Source: Acidimicrobiales bacterium (GTDB lineage: Bacteria > Actinomycetota > Acidimicrobiia > Acidimicrobiales > DATDAH01). From it: a stretch of 64,000 nt of DNA. Position numbers and translations under genes: made by a program. The number at the start of each line of letters is the position of its first letter. Positions within the stretch are counted from its first letter, which is position 1. The stretch spans positions 185,100-249,099 of the forward strand of contig JBGAOY010000004.1 of the NCBI GenBank assembly GCA_044221555.1, written 5' to 3'. Below, in pieces: positions 47,414-56,426 of the stretch. Below the pieces are notes generated by a model. That model saw nothing but the letters and a program-made list of their open reading frames with translations. It had not been told where the DNA came from and ran no database searches.

Positions 47414-48297
47414 CCGCGGCGAGACCCCAGGTCGACGGTCTGGCCGTGATCGACAAGGAGGCCGGCTGGACCTCCCACGACGTGGTGGCCAAGGCCCGCG
47501 GCATCGTCGGCCAGACGCGCGTGGGCCACTCGGGCACGCTCGACCCCGACGCCACGGGGGTGCTGTTGCTGGGATTCGGGAAGGTCACCCGGTTGTTGAG
47601 CTACCTCACCGCGCTGTCGAAGTCCTACGTGGGTGAGGTGGTGCTCGGCGTCGAGACCGACACCCTCGACGCGGCCGGCAGCGTGACCGCCACCCATGAC
47701 ATGCGTCAGGTGACCCTCGACGAGGCGCGCGAGGCCGCCAGGGTGTTCGTCGGCGACATCGAGCAGATCCCGCCGATGGTGTCGGCGGTGAAGATCGGCG
47801 GCCGGCGCCTCCACGAGCTGGCGAGGGCGGGCGAGACCGTCGAGCGCCCGCCCCGGCCCGTCACCGTGCACCGACTCCAGATCGACCTGGCCGAGCCCGC
47901 CACCGACACCACCGCCATGGTGCTGCGCATGGAGGTGGACTGCTCGTCGGGCACCTACGTGCGCACCCTGGCCGACGACCTGGGGCATGCGCTCGGCGGT
48001 GGCGCGCACCTGCGTGCCCTGCGGCGGACCGCGATCGGGTCGTTCGGCCTGGACGAGGCCCGCCCGCTCGAGGCCCTCGAGGTGCTGGCCCCGGCCGTGG
48101 CCATGCGGGACTACCCGAGCCTCACCGCCGGCGACGAGGTGGCGTCCCGCATCGCCCACGGCGCGGTGCTGGGCCGCGACGAGCTGGGTGTGGACGCGAG
48201 CGACGGCCCCTGGGCGGTGTTGTCCGCAACGGGCGAGCTCCTGGCCGTCTACCAGGGCCACGGCGTCGACCGGGTGAAGCCGGCGGTCGTACTCTGA
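47410..48297 (+). CDS. truB: tRNA pseudouridine55 synthase TruB
   Basis: GTGA overlap with rbfA. GHSGTLDPDATGVL. Confidence 0.93.
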   Translation: MTAARPQVDGLAVIDKEAGWTSHDVVAKARGIVGQTRVGHSGTLDPDATGVLLLGFGKVTRLLSYLTALSKSYVGEVVLGVETDTLDAAGSVTATHDMRQVTLDEAREAARVFVGDIEQIPPMVSAVKIGGRRLHELARAGETVERPPRPVTVHRLQIDLAEPATDTTAMVLRMEVDCSSGTYVRTLADDLGHALGGGAHLRALRRTAIGSFGLDEARPLEALEVLAPAVAMRDYPSLTAGDEVASRIAHGAVLGRDELGVDASDGPWAVLSATGELLAVYQGHGVDRVKPAVVL

Positions 48298-48309
48298 CCG
48301 GCGGCGACG

Positions 48310-48354
48310 GGAGCCCGCCGACGGCTCCTGGCGGCACCGGTAGCCTCGGTGCCG
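48310..48354 (+). terminator. Two adjacent short hairpins after truB (possible terminator)
   Basis: GGAGCC-cgccgac-GGCTCC, and CGGCACCG-gtagcct-CGGTGCCG. No U tract. The second hairpin touches the next start codon. Confidence 0.3.
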
Positions 48355-50474
48355 TGGGCCGCACGAGGTCTCGAGGCGGCGACGCCACCGCGCCGGTGAG
48401 CCTGGCGTGGCGCGGCGTCCACCTGCTCGCCCTGTCCGCCATCGCCGTGACCGAGCCCGTGCTCGACCTGCTGGGTGGCAGCCCCACGTTCTTCGTGGCC
48501 CACACCGCCGGCCCGTTCCGGGTGCTGCTGGTGTGCCTGTTGACCATCGCGGTGGTGCCGGCCGTCATCATCAGCGCCGAGGTGGTCGTCACCTTGCTGC
48601 ACCGCGGCTGGGGTTGGCGCCTCCATCTGCTGCTCGTGGCGCTGCTCGGCGCGCTCATCGCCGCGCAGTTGCTCGATCGGGTGCCGAGACTCCCGAACGT
48701 GGTGGTGCTGGGCGCTGGTGCGGTCGCCGGCGTCGCCTTGGCGCGCGGGTATCGGCGGCGTGAGCTGGTTCGGTCGGCGCTCTCCGCTCTGGCGCTGACT
48801 CCCGTGCTGTTCGCGGCGGTGTTCGTGTTCGGCTCGCCCGTCCACGGCCTGGTGTTCCCGCCCGACGTGGCCGCGGCCGATGTGCGCGTGCCGGGTGACG
48901 CTCCGCCGGTCGTGGTGCTGGTCCTCGACGAGCTGCCCCTCGCGTCGGTACTCCGACCCGACGGCCGGACCATCGACCGTGATCGGTTCCCCAACCTGGC
49001 CCGCCTGGCCGACGACGGGGTCTGGTTCCCCAACACGACGTCGGTCGCGGGGTTCACCCACGAGGCCGTGCCCGCGATCCTCACGGGCGACCGGGTGCAC
49101 AGCGAGAACGTGCCACCGACCCTCGGCGGCCATCCGCGCAACCTGTTCACGCTGCTGGCGCAGGACTACCGCATCGACGCCCACGAGCAGGTCACCAGCT
49201 TGTGCACGCCGACGTTGTGCGGTGCGGGATCGGCCGGCACCGAACCGGTGCCGGTGAGCGTGCTGCTGCAGGACCTGGCGGTCGTGTCCGGCATCGTGTC
49301 GCTGCCGTCCGGCCTCGACGGGTGGCTGCCTCCGGTCGACGATTCGTGGAGCAACTTCGGTCAGGGGTCGGCGAACCTCGACCAGGAGGCCGATCGGCTC
49401 GGCGGCGCCCGCGACGAGTTCGTCGACGACCTGGGCCGATCCGACCGGGTCGGAGACTTCCGCAGGGCCGTGGCGAGCATCCGCAGGCACCGGCGGCCCA
49501 CGCTCACGTTCATCCACACGGTGTTCCCGCACGTGCCGTGGAGCTACCACGCCGACGGGGAGCGCTACGCCGACCCCGGCTACCCGGGTCGCGACGGCCC
49601 GGGCGTGTGGACCACCGACTTCTCGGCCGACCTGGCCCTGCAGCGCCACCTCCTGCAGGCCGAGTTCGCCGACCACATGCTCGGCGAGCTGCTGGATCGC
49701 CTCGACGCGACGGGCCTCTACGACGAGTCGCTCGTCGTGCTCGCCGCTGACCACGGGGTGTCGCTCGAGGCGGGCACCAACCGGCGGCTGCCCGACGCCG
49801 ACACGTTGCCCGCGCTCATGCCGGTGCCGACCGTGGTGAAGCCCCCGGCGGGGTCGCAGGGCGCCCTCGTCGGTCAGACCGACGATCGCGTGGCGGAGAC
49901 CGTGGACCTCGTGCCCACCATCGCCGACCTGCTGGGCGTCGACATGCCCTGGCCCGTCGACGGCCAGAGCCTCTTCGGCCCGCCTCGCACGAGCACCGAA
50001 CGCGGGATCTACACCCGTGGCCACACGGAGCGCACGGATGCCCCGCGACTCGACGTGCAGCCCATCGTCGACCGCATCGACGCCACGTTCGGTCAGGGCG
50101 ATGGCCTCGTCCTGTACGGCATGGGGCCCGGCCGGCGAACCGTCGGTCATCGGGCCCGGCGGTTCGCGGTGGCCGCGTCGCCGAGCGGGTGTTGGGACCC
50201 CGTAGCCATGGCCACCGGGTCGGTGGGCGAGGTGGGTGGCTCGATCCACACCGATGACGAGGGCGCAGTGCCGTTCGCGGTCGTGGTCGACGGCCGGGTG
50301 GCGGGGACGTCGGTGACCTACGACGACGGCGAAGGGGAGTCCCACCGGGTGGTCGCCCTGGCCGACCCGACGGGATGGCGGGACGCGGGCACGATCGAGC
50401 TCTGGCGGGTCGTCGAGTCGGAGCGTGCCGGGCGCGGTGGGGTGGGGCTGTCACGGCTGCCCGAATGCACCTGA
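48354..50474 (+). CDS. Membrane-anchored sulfatase-fold transferase (LtaS / phosphoglycerol- or phosphoethanolamine-transferase-like)
   Basis: About five N-terminal TM helices. Extracytoplasmic alkaline-phosphatase-superfamily domain (VVVLVLDELP, GFTHEAVPAILTG, VVLAADHG). No CxPxR sulfatase motif. Confidence 0.75.
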   Translation: MGRTRSRGGDATAPVSLAWRGVHLLALSAIAVTEPVLDLLGGSPTFFVAHTAGPFRVLLVCLLTIAVVPAVIISAEVVVTLLHRGWGWRLHLLLVALLGALIAAQLLDRVPRLPNVVVLGAGAVAGVALARGYRRRELVRSALSALALTPVLFAAVFVFGSPVHGLVFPPDVAAADVRVPGDAPPVVVLVLDELPLASVLRPDGRTIDRDRFPNLARLADDGVWFPNTTSVAGFTHEAVPAILTGDRVHSENVPPTLGGHPRNLFTLLAQDYRIDAHEQVTSLCTPTLCGAGSAGTEPVPVSVLLQDLAVVSGIVSLPSGLDGWLPPVDDSWSNFGQGSANLDQEADRLGGARDEFVDDLGRSDRVGDFRRAVASIRRHRRPTLTFIHTVFPHVPWSYHADGERYADPGYPGRDGPGVWTTDFSADLALQRHLLQAEFADHMLGELLDRLDATGLYDESLVVLAADHGVSLEAGTNRRLPDADTLPALMPVPTVVKPPAGSQGALVGQTDDRVAETVDLVPTIADLLGVDMPWPVDGQSLFGPPRTSTERGIYTRGHTERTDAPRLDVQPIVDRIDATFGQGDGLVLYGMGPGRRTVGHRARRFAVAASPSGCWDPVAMATGSVGEVGGSIHTDDEGAVPFAVVVDGRVAGTSVTYDDGEGESHRVVALADPTGWRDAGTIELWRVVESERAGRGGVGLSRLPECT

Positions 50475-50528
50475 GCCGGGGGCGGGTGGAGGCTGCAGCG
50501 TGCAGCGCCGGGTCGGCCTCGGTGTGGG

Positions 50529-51251
50529 CTACTCGAGGCGGCCGTCGAGGATGTGGGCCACCCGGTCGGCGTAGTGCACCATGCGCTCGTCGTGGGTGAC
50601 CACGACCGCCGAGATCCCGCGTGCCTTCATCTCCGAGCGGATCAGCTCCATGACGGCTTCACCCAGCTTGGTGTCGAGCGCCGAGGTGGGCTCGTCGAAG
50701 AGCACCAGTGCCGGGTCGTTCATGAGGGCCCTGCCGATGGCGACGCGCTGGCGCTCACCACCGGACAGTTGCCCGGGCAGGTTCTTGGCCCGGTCGGCGA
50801 GCCCCAACTCGTCGAGCAGTTGGTCGGCCCGGGCCCGTGCCGCCGATCGGCGTCGCCGGCCCAGCTCGTCGACGACCAGCAGGTTCTCCCGGGCGGTCAG
50901 GAAGGGCACCAGGTTGACCGCCTGGAACACGAACCCGACCTTGTCCTGCCGGAAGGCCGTGAGCTGTCTGGCCGAGTAGCCGGTGATGTCGTCGCCGCCG
51001 ACGATCACGCGGCCTTCGGTGGGGGAGAGGATGCCGCCGGCGATCGAACAGAGCGTGGTCTTGCCCGAGCCCGACGGGCCCACGAGGGCCACGATCTCGT
51101 CGTCGGCCACGTCGAGGGTGGCGTGGTCGAGGGCGACGACCTCGCTGTCGCCCATCCGGTACACCTTGCGCACGGCCTCCATGCGCAGGGCGAGGCCGGT
51201 GGCTCGATCGCCGTCGGCAGCCGACGGGGCGGCGGTGGGTCGTGCGGTCAT
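50529..51251 (-). CDS. ABC transporter ATP-binding protein (MacB/LolD type)
   Basis: GPSGSGKTT, LSGGERQRVAIGRAL and LVLFDEPTSALD. ATGA overlap with the upstream permease. Confidence 0.92.
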   Translation of the reverse strand: MTARPTAAPSAADGDRATGLALRMEAVRKVYRMGDSEVVALDHATLDVADDEIVALVGPSGSGKTTLCSIAGGILSPTEGRVIVGGDDITGYSARQLTAFRQDKVGFVFQAVNLVPFLTARENLLVVDELGRRRRSAARARADQLLDELGLADRAKNLPGQLSGGERQRVAIGRALMNDPALVLFDEPTSALDTKLGEAVMELIRSEMKARGISAVVVTHDERMVHYADRVAHILDGRLE

Positions 51252-52360
51252 GTGGAGCTCCCGATGGCGGCGGCAGGGTCGACGCGCAGGACGCGTCGCA
51301 ACGAGAACGAGCACCCGATCACGGACGCGAGCAGCAAGAACGCCACGCTGCTGACGACGCGCGTGGGGGTGAGCGCGAAGGGGATGGCCCCGGCCGGGAT
51401 GGCCAGGTCGAGGGCCACGGCGATGGTGGCGCCGATGGTCGAGGCGATCAGGGTGACCAGGACGGCCTGCAGCACCACCCCGGCGAACAACGTCCGCGAG
51501 CGGGCGCCGATGGCCTTGAGCACCCCGTAGAGCGCCATCCGCTCGACGGTGAGCAGGGCGAAGAACAGGGCGACCACGACGACGGCGACCACGATGGTCA
51601 CCCCGATGATCTGGTTGAACACGGACCGCTGCTGCTCCACGCCGGGAAGGGCGTTGACGGCCTCGTCGACGGTGAGGGTCGCGGTCGCGCCGTCGGTGGC
51701 GGTGTCGATGCGATCGGCCAGGGCGGCCGGGGTCTCGCCGTCACCCTGGACGACCAGTGCCTGGAACACGCCCGGGCCGACCGTGGCGTCGGGACGGTTG
51801 TCATTCTGCACGGCCCGCCACGTGTCGGCCGACACCCACAGCGAGCCCTGACCGGAGAAATTGGTGTCGCTGACGAACCCGATCACCTCGACGGGGGTGC
51901 GGGCCGGGCCCACCAGCACCTCGGTGCCGGTGCGGATGCCCTCGTCGCGCAACACCTCGTCGGCGTAGCCCTGACCCTCGGGCGGCGGGTCGGCGACGCC
52001 CCTGGGAGCGAGCTCGTAGCCGAAGACCGCCAGGTCGGCCAGGTCGCGCGGGCCGTTGCCCGGCACCCGACCGCCCAGCAGTGCCACGCCGATGCCACCG
52101 ACGTCGGCGACGCCGGGCACGCTCTCGACCTCACGGCGCAGCTCGGGGGTGATCCGGCTCCGGAAGAACGAGTCGCGAGCGGTCGCCGAGTAGACGATGA
52201 CGTCGCCGTCCTGGGCCCGGACCGCGCCCGTGCTGTCGCGCAACAGCCCGTCGAGGAGTCCACCGAGGAACATCAACAAGATCGCGATGAGCGTCAGGAT
52301 GATGGTGGCTGTGGCGAAGCGGCTCGGCCGCCGGCGCAGCTCACGCAGGGCGATCCTCAT
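51248..52360 (-). CDS. FtsX-family ABC permease (MacB-type, 4 TM plus extracytoplasmic domain)
   Basis: N-terminal IALRELRRRPSRF, a large loop between TM1 and TM2, and a C-terminal FtsX domain. Confidence 0.85.
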   Translation of the reverse strand: MRIALRELRRRPSRFATATIILTLIAILLMFLGGLLDGLLRDSTGAVRAQDGDVIVYSATARDSFFRSRITPELRREVESVPGVADVGGIGVALLGGRVPGNGPRDLADLAVFGYELAPRGVADPPPEGQGYADEVLRDEGIRTGTEVLVGPARTPVEVIGFVSDTNFSGQGSLWVSADTWRAVQNDNRPDATVGPGVFQALVVQGDGETPAALADRIDTATDGATATLTVDEAVNALPGVEQQRSVFNQIIGVTIVVAVVVVALFFALLTVERMALYGVLKAIGARSRTLFAGVVLQAVLVTLIASTIGATIAVALDLAIPAGAIPFALTPTRVVSSVAFLLLASVIGCSFSLRRVLRVDPAAAIGSST

Positions 52361-53478
52361 ACCTGCACCCCAGCGCCGGTGGTGGCCTCGACCGGGTCGA
52401 TCCGCAGCACGCGTCGGGCCGAGAACAGCGAGCTCACCACGCCGAGCACGAGGAGCAGCACGCCCCAGAACACCACCGCGCCGGTCTCGAACCGAAGGGG
52501 GATGTCACCCACCCGTTGCACAGAGACCGGTGCGTACAGCAGCGTGCCGAGGGCGATCCCGACCGCCATGACGATCACGACCTGCACCAGCAGCGCTTGC
52601 ACCAGGCGCCCCGCGGGCGCGCCGACGGCGCGGAGCAGCGTGAGCGAGTCGGCCTTCTGGAACGTGATGATCAGGAAGAACAGGCCCGTCACCAGCGGCA
52701 CGACCAGGCCGTACAGGAGGAAGATCACCTGGAACGACTGGCGGACCTGGGCCACACCGGGGGTCTCGTCGGCGGCGGTGTCCTTGGGCAGGGCGTCGGC
52801 GTCGGCCGCGGCCGCGTTCACGGCCTCGGACAACGTCTGGGCCGAGGTGCCCTCCTGCGGTTCGAGGGCGATGGCGTTCGGCAACGGCTCGCGGGCGTCA
52901 GGGTTCACCGAGCGCACCGCGGCCACGTAGGTGTCGTAGGTGGTGAACAGCGTGGGCGTGGCCTGCAGGTTGATGTCCTCGGCCAGGCCCACGACCTCGA
53001 TCTCGAGCCCCCCGGGCTCGAGGCGCACCCGGTCGCCGATGGCGAAGCCCAGGTCGACGTCGGCGGCGTTGGCCACGGCCTCCCCGTCACCCCGGGGGAG
53101 ACGGCCGTCGGTGAGCGTCGCCGGTGAGCCCAAGCCCTCCTGCTCGTAGCCGATGATGGCCACATCGGCCAGCTCGCCGTCCACGGTGGCGCTGAACGTG
53201 CCCTGGCCGATCCGGCCGGCCCTGCCCACCCCCTCGGTCGAGGTGATCTGCGCCTCCACCGGGGGGGTGATGACGCTGCCCTGCAGGTTGCGGCGACCAT
53301 CGACGCTGTACACGAGCACCGGTGCCGACTGGTTGCGGATGGCGCCGACGAACGCGGTGAGCAGTCCGTCCTGCAGCGTCTGCTGGAAGAGGATGAGGAA
53401 CACGAGCAGACCGATGGCGGCGGTGACCAACGCGAAGCGCACCACCGTGCGGCGTAGCTCTTTGAGCGCCAGGAACAT
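52357..53478 (-). CDS. FtsX-family ABC permease, second paralog
   Basis: ATG 53478 gives MFLALKELRRTVVRF and a 373-aa length, parallel to its neighbour. ATGA overlap downstream. Confidence 0.85.
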   Translation of the reverse strand: MFLALKELRRTVVRFALVTAAIGLLVFLILFQQTLQDGLLTAFVGAIRNQSAPVLVYSVDGRRNLQGSVITPPVEAQITSTEGVGRAGRIGQGTFSATVDGELADVAIIGYEQEGLGSPATLTDGRLPRGDGEAVANAADVDLGFAIGDRVRLEPGGLEIEVVGLAEDINLQATPTLFTTYDTYVAAVRSVNPDAREPLPNAIALEPQEGTSAQTLSEAVNAAAADADALPKDTAADETPGVAQVRQSFQVIFLLYGLVVPLVTGLFFLIITFQKADSLTLLRAVGAPAGRLVQALLVQVVIVMAVGIALGTLLYAPVSVQRVGDIPLRFETGAVVFWGVLLLVLGVVSSLFSARRVLRIDPVEATTGAGVQV

Positions 53479-53594
53479 GCGGTCTGGAGTGTCGCGCGTC
53501 GCGGCGGCGGGACCATCACCGGGCGGCACCGCGATCGACCGTGGAACCGGACCGGGTGGCCGCGGCGACACGGAACCCGATTAGCCTCGGCTCG

Positions 53595-54533
53595 GTGGAC
53601 GTGTGGCACGACGACGAGGCGTTCCCGCGGCCGACGGAGGGCTCGGCGGTCACCATCGGTGCCTACGACGGCGTGCATCGCGGTCACCAACTGGTGATCG
53701 GCGAGGTACGCCGCTGCGCCCGTGAGCAGGGGTTGCGCTCGGTGGTCGTCACCTTCGACCGCCACCCCGCGAGCGTGGTGCGGCCCGAGTCGGCGCCCAA
53801 GCAGCTCACCGATCCCGAGCAGGAGCTCGAGCTGCTGGCCCGGACCGGCGTCGACGCCACGCTCGTGATCCATTTCGACGAGGCTCGATCGAAGGAGCCC
53901 GCCGAGGAATTCGTGCACGAGATTCTCGTCGGTGCCCTCAACGCCAAGACGATCGTGGTGGGCGAGGACTTCCACTTCGGGCACCAGCGGCGGGGCAACA
54001 ACGCGCTGCTGGCGAGGATGGGTGCCGAGTTGGGCTTCACCGTCGACGGCATCGACCTGCTGCAGGCGGGCCCGGAGGGAGCGGTGTCGTCCACCGCGAT
54101 CCGCGCCGCGCTGGCCGCCGGCGACCTGCGCGCCGCGCACGCGATGCTCGGACGATCCCACGAGGTGCGTGGCGTGGTGGGCCATGGCGACGCCCGGGCG
54201 CGTGACCTGGGATTCCGCACCGCCAACGTGGCCATCGCCGACGACGTGCTGCTGCCCGCCGACGGCATCTACGCGGCGTGGTACGAGCGGCCCGATCGGA
54301 GCGTGCACCCGGCGGCGGTCTCGCTCGGGCGACGGCCCACCTTCTACGAGTTCGCCGACACGTCGCTGCTCGAGGCCCACCTGCTCGACTTCCAGGGCGA
54401 CCTCTACGGCGAGGCGGCGAGGGTCCGCTTCGTCGAACGGCTCCGCGACGAGGTGAAGTTCGACACCATCGACGACCTGGTGGCCCAGATGGGGCGCGAC
54501 TGCGCCCGGGCCCGGGACGTGCTGGGTGCCTGA
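53595..54533 (+). CDS. ribF: Bifunctional riboflavin kinase / FMN adenylyltransferase
   Basis: GAYDGVHRGHQ, GEDFHFGH and a C-terminal kinase domain. GTG 53595 or 53601. Confidence 0.9.
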   Translation: MDVWHDDEAFPRPTEGSAVTIGAYDGVHRGHQLVIGEVRRCAREQGLRSVVVTFDRHPASVVRPESAPKQLTDPEQELELLARTGVDATLVIHFDEARSKEPAEEFVHEILVGALNAKTIVVGEDFHFGHQRRGNNALLARMGAELGFTVDGIDLLQAGPEGAVSSTAIRAALAAGDLRAAHAMLGRSHEVRGVVGHGDARARDLGFRTANVAIADDVLLPADGIYAAWYERPDRSVHPAAVSLGRRPTFYEFADTSLLEAHLLDFQGDLYGEAARVRFVERLRDEVKFDTIDDLVAQMGRDCARARDVLGA

Positions 54534-55704
54534 CCCCGCACCCCCGGGGGGCGTCCATCCCGACGCCGTCGTCGATGATGCCGGTGTTCGTTGGGCCGGC
54601 GAGGTGGAGCCCCTCACCGGGCCCATAACCCAGCCCCTGCGTGAGGGGATCGAGCCGGCCCGGATCGGGTCGGCGGCCCGGCTGGCGCGCCACCGCATCC
54701 GGCTCTCCGACGGCCACGAGGTGGGCCTGGCCGTGTGCGGGCGCGGGATACCCCTGGTGGTGGTGCACGGCTTCTCCGCCGAGGGCTTCCTGTACGCGCA
54801 GACGCTGTCGCGCCTCGTGTCGATGGGCTACAAGGTCATCGCCATCGACACCGCCGGACACGGGGGCACGCAGGGCCTGCCGCGCGGCGGCGGCGACCTG
54901 GCCCGCTACGCCGAGTTGCTGGGCCGGGCCATCCGTGAGCTCGGTGTCCGGCGGGCGGTGCTGGCGGGCCACTCGATGGGCGGGCGGCTGGTGGTGGAGT
55001 TGGCCGCCGACCAGCCCGACCTGGCGATCGCCGTCATCCTGCTCGATGCCATCGTGGGCGACACCTGGGACCGGATGGTCAACGTCTTCCGGGTGATGCC
55101 GCCCCTGCTCAGCCTGGTCGGGGCCGCCCTCGCGGTCGACACGGTGTCGACGGTGCCGCTGTTCAAGGACCGGGGTCAGGCGGCCAAGCTCCTGCGCCTC
55201 GCCGTCCCCATGGGTGCCGGCATCGCCCGCCACCCGTGGCAGCTGCTCGGCCCCAGCATGTCGATCCTGCGCTCGCGGGGCAGCGGTCACCTGCTCGACA
55301 AACTGGCCGAGGAGCGGGTGCCCGTGATCGCGATCCACGGGGACAAGGACGTGGCGGTGCCCATCGCCACCGCCAAGGAGGCGGCCAAGCGGGCCCACGG
55401 CCACTTCGTGGTGGTGCGCGACGCCAGCCACTCGTGGCTCCTCAAGGACCCCGAGACGCTGCCGGCCATCATGTACGAGCTGCTCGGTGACGGCCTGGGC
55501 TCGGCCCAGCGGCGCGCGCTGCGGGCGGCGGGACTGGCGCCCGGCCTCGCCGACGAGGACGCGGTGGAAAGGGCGCTGTACGACCCCGACGCGCTGGTGC
55601 TGCGGCTCACCCCCGAATTCGTGGCGCCCACCCCCGCCGATCGCAAGAAGGTGCATCCCCGCCGCCCCCGCTACCGCTGGAAGGTCCACCCACCCCTCCA
55701 CTGA
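54526..55704 (+). CDS. Alpha/beta-fold hydrolase
   Basis: Oxyanion HGF and nucleophile elbow GHSMGG, with late D/H (HGDKD ... SHSW). GTG start overlaps the ribF end by 8 nt. Confidence 0.8.
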   Translation: MPDPAPPGGVHPDAVVDDAGVRWAGEVEPLTGPITQPLREGIEPARIGSAARLARHRIRLSDGHEVGLAVCGRGIPLVVVHGFSAEGFLYAQTLSRLVSMGYKVIAIDTAGHGGTQGLPRGGGDLARYAELLGRAIRELGVRRAVLAGHSMGGRLVVELAADQPDLAIAVILLDAIVGDTWDRMVNVFRVMPPLLSLVGAALAVDTVSTVPLFKDRGQAAKLLRLAVPMGAGIARHPWQLLGPSMSILRSRGSGHLLDKLAEERVPVIAIHGDKDVAVPIATAKEAAKRAHGHFVVVRDASHSWLLKDPETLPAIMYELLGDGLGSAQRRALRAAGLAPGLADEDAVERALYDPDALVLRLTPEFVAPTPADRKKVHPRRPRYRWKVHPPLH

Positions 55705-55720
55705 CGCGCCCACATCGATC

Positions 55721-55770
55721 GTTCTGGGTACAGATCTCCCGGCTCACCGGTCGATTTCTGCACCCAGAAC
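55721..55770 (+). other. Long-range hairpin (14-bp arms, one mismatch, 22-nt loop) after the hydrolase gene and far upstream of rpsO
   Basis: GTTCTGGGTACAGA ... TCTGCACCCAGAAC. Confidence 0.35.
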
Positions 55771-55956
55771 GAACGGGGTTGGGTTCCCCCGCACGTGGCC
55801 TCGCGGCGAGGAATCGTCGGCTTGTGGACAACCCTGGTACGGTGTGTGGGTTGCACCGAGCGCCCCCGCGCGCCGTGCCTGCTTCCGGTTACGCACTTGC
55901 GGACCATGAGGCCGGGTAGCACACCCACCCACTGAAGAAAGCACAATCACATTTCC

Positions 55957-56232
55957 ATGCCTGACAGCACGGGCCTTCCCCCGAAGGCCGACACGATTGC
56001 CGACAACCGCCTCCACGAGACGGACACCGGCTCTCCCGAGGTCCAGGTGGCGCTGCTCACGGAGCGCATCAACCACCTCACCGAGCACCTCAAGACCCAC
56101 AAGAAGGACCACCACAGCCGCCGGGGCCTGCTCATGCTGGTCGGCCGGCGCCGCCGGTTGCTCGACTACGTGAAGCGCAACGACGTCGAGCGCTACCGCG
56201 CCCTCATCGCGAAGCTGGGCCTGCGCCGCTAG
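55957..56232 (+). CDS. rpsO: 30S ribosomal protein S15
   Basis: [40 protein letters not shown]. Confidence 0.95.
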   Translation: MPDSTGLPPKADTIADNRLHETDTGSPEVQVALLTERINHLTEHLKTHKKDHHSRRGLLMLVGRRRRLLDYVKRNDVERYRALIAKLGLRR

Positions 56233-56325
56233 CGCGGCCGGCCTTCCGCGACAGATCTGACATCCAGCGGGCTCTGCCCCGCGAGCACCAACACAACACA
56301 ACCCACGCGGCGTGCTGGTCAGCTG

Positions 56326-56372
56326 CCAGTGGCCGGTCGCCCGATCTCATTCATCGGGCGATCGACCACTGG
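56326..56372 (+). promoter_or_regulatory. 20-bp stem-loop in the rpsO-pnp spacer (candidate pnp leader / RNase III-type processing hairpin)
   Basis: CCAGTGGCCGGTCGCCCGAT-ctcattc-ATCGGGCGATCGACCACTGG. 19 of 20 positions pair, counting one G-U. Confidence 0.6.
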
Positions 56373-56426
56373 GAACTGGCCCCGCCGCTCGAAGGGGCCA
56401 CAAGGGCCCCGAGAGGAGGCATCCCA

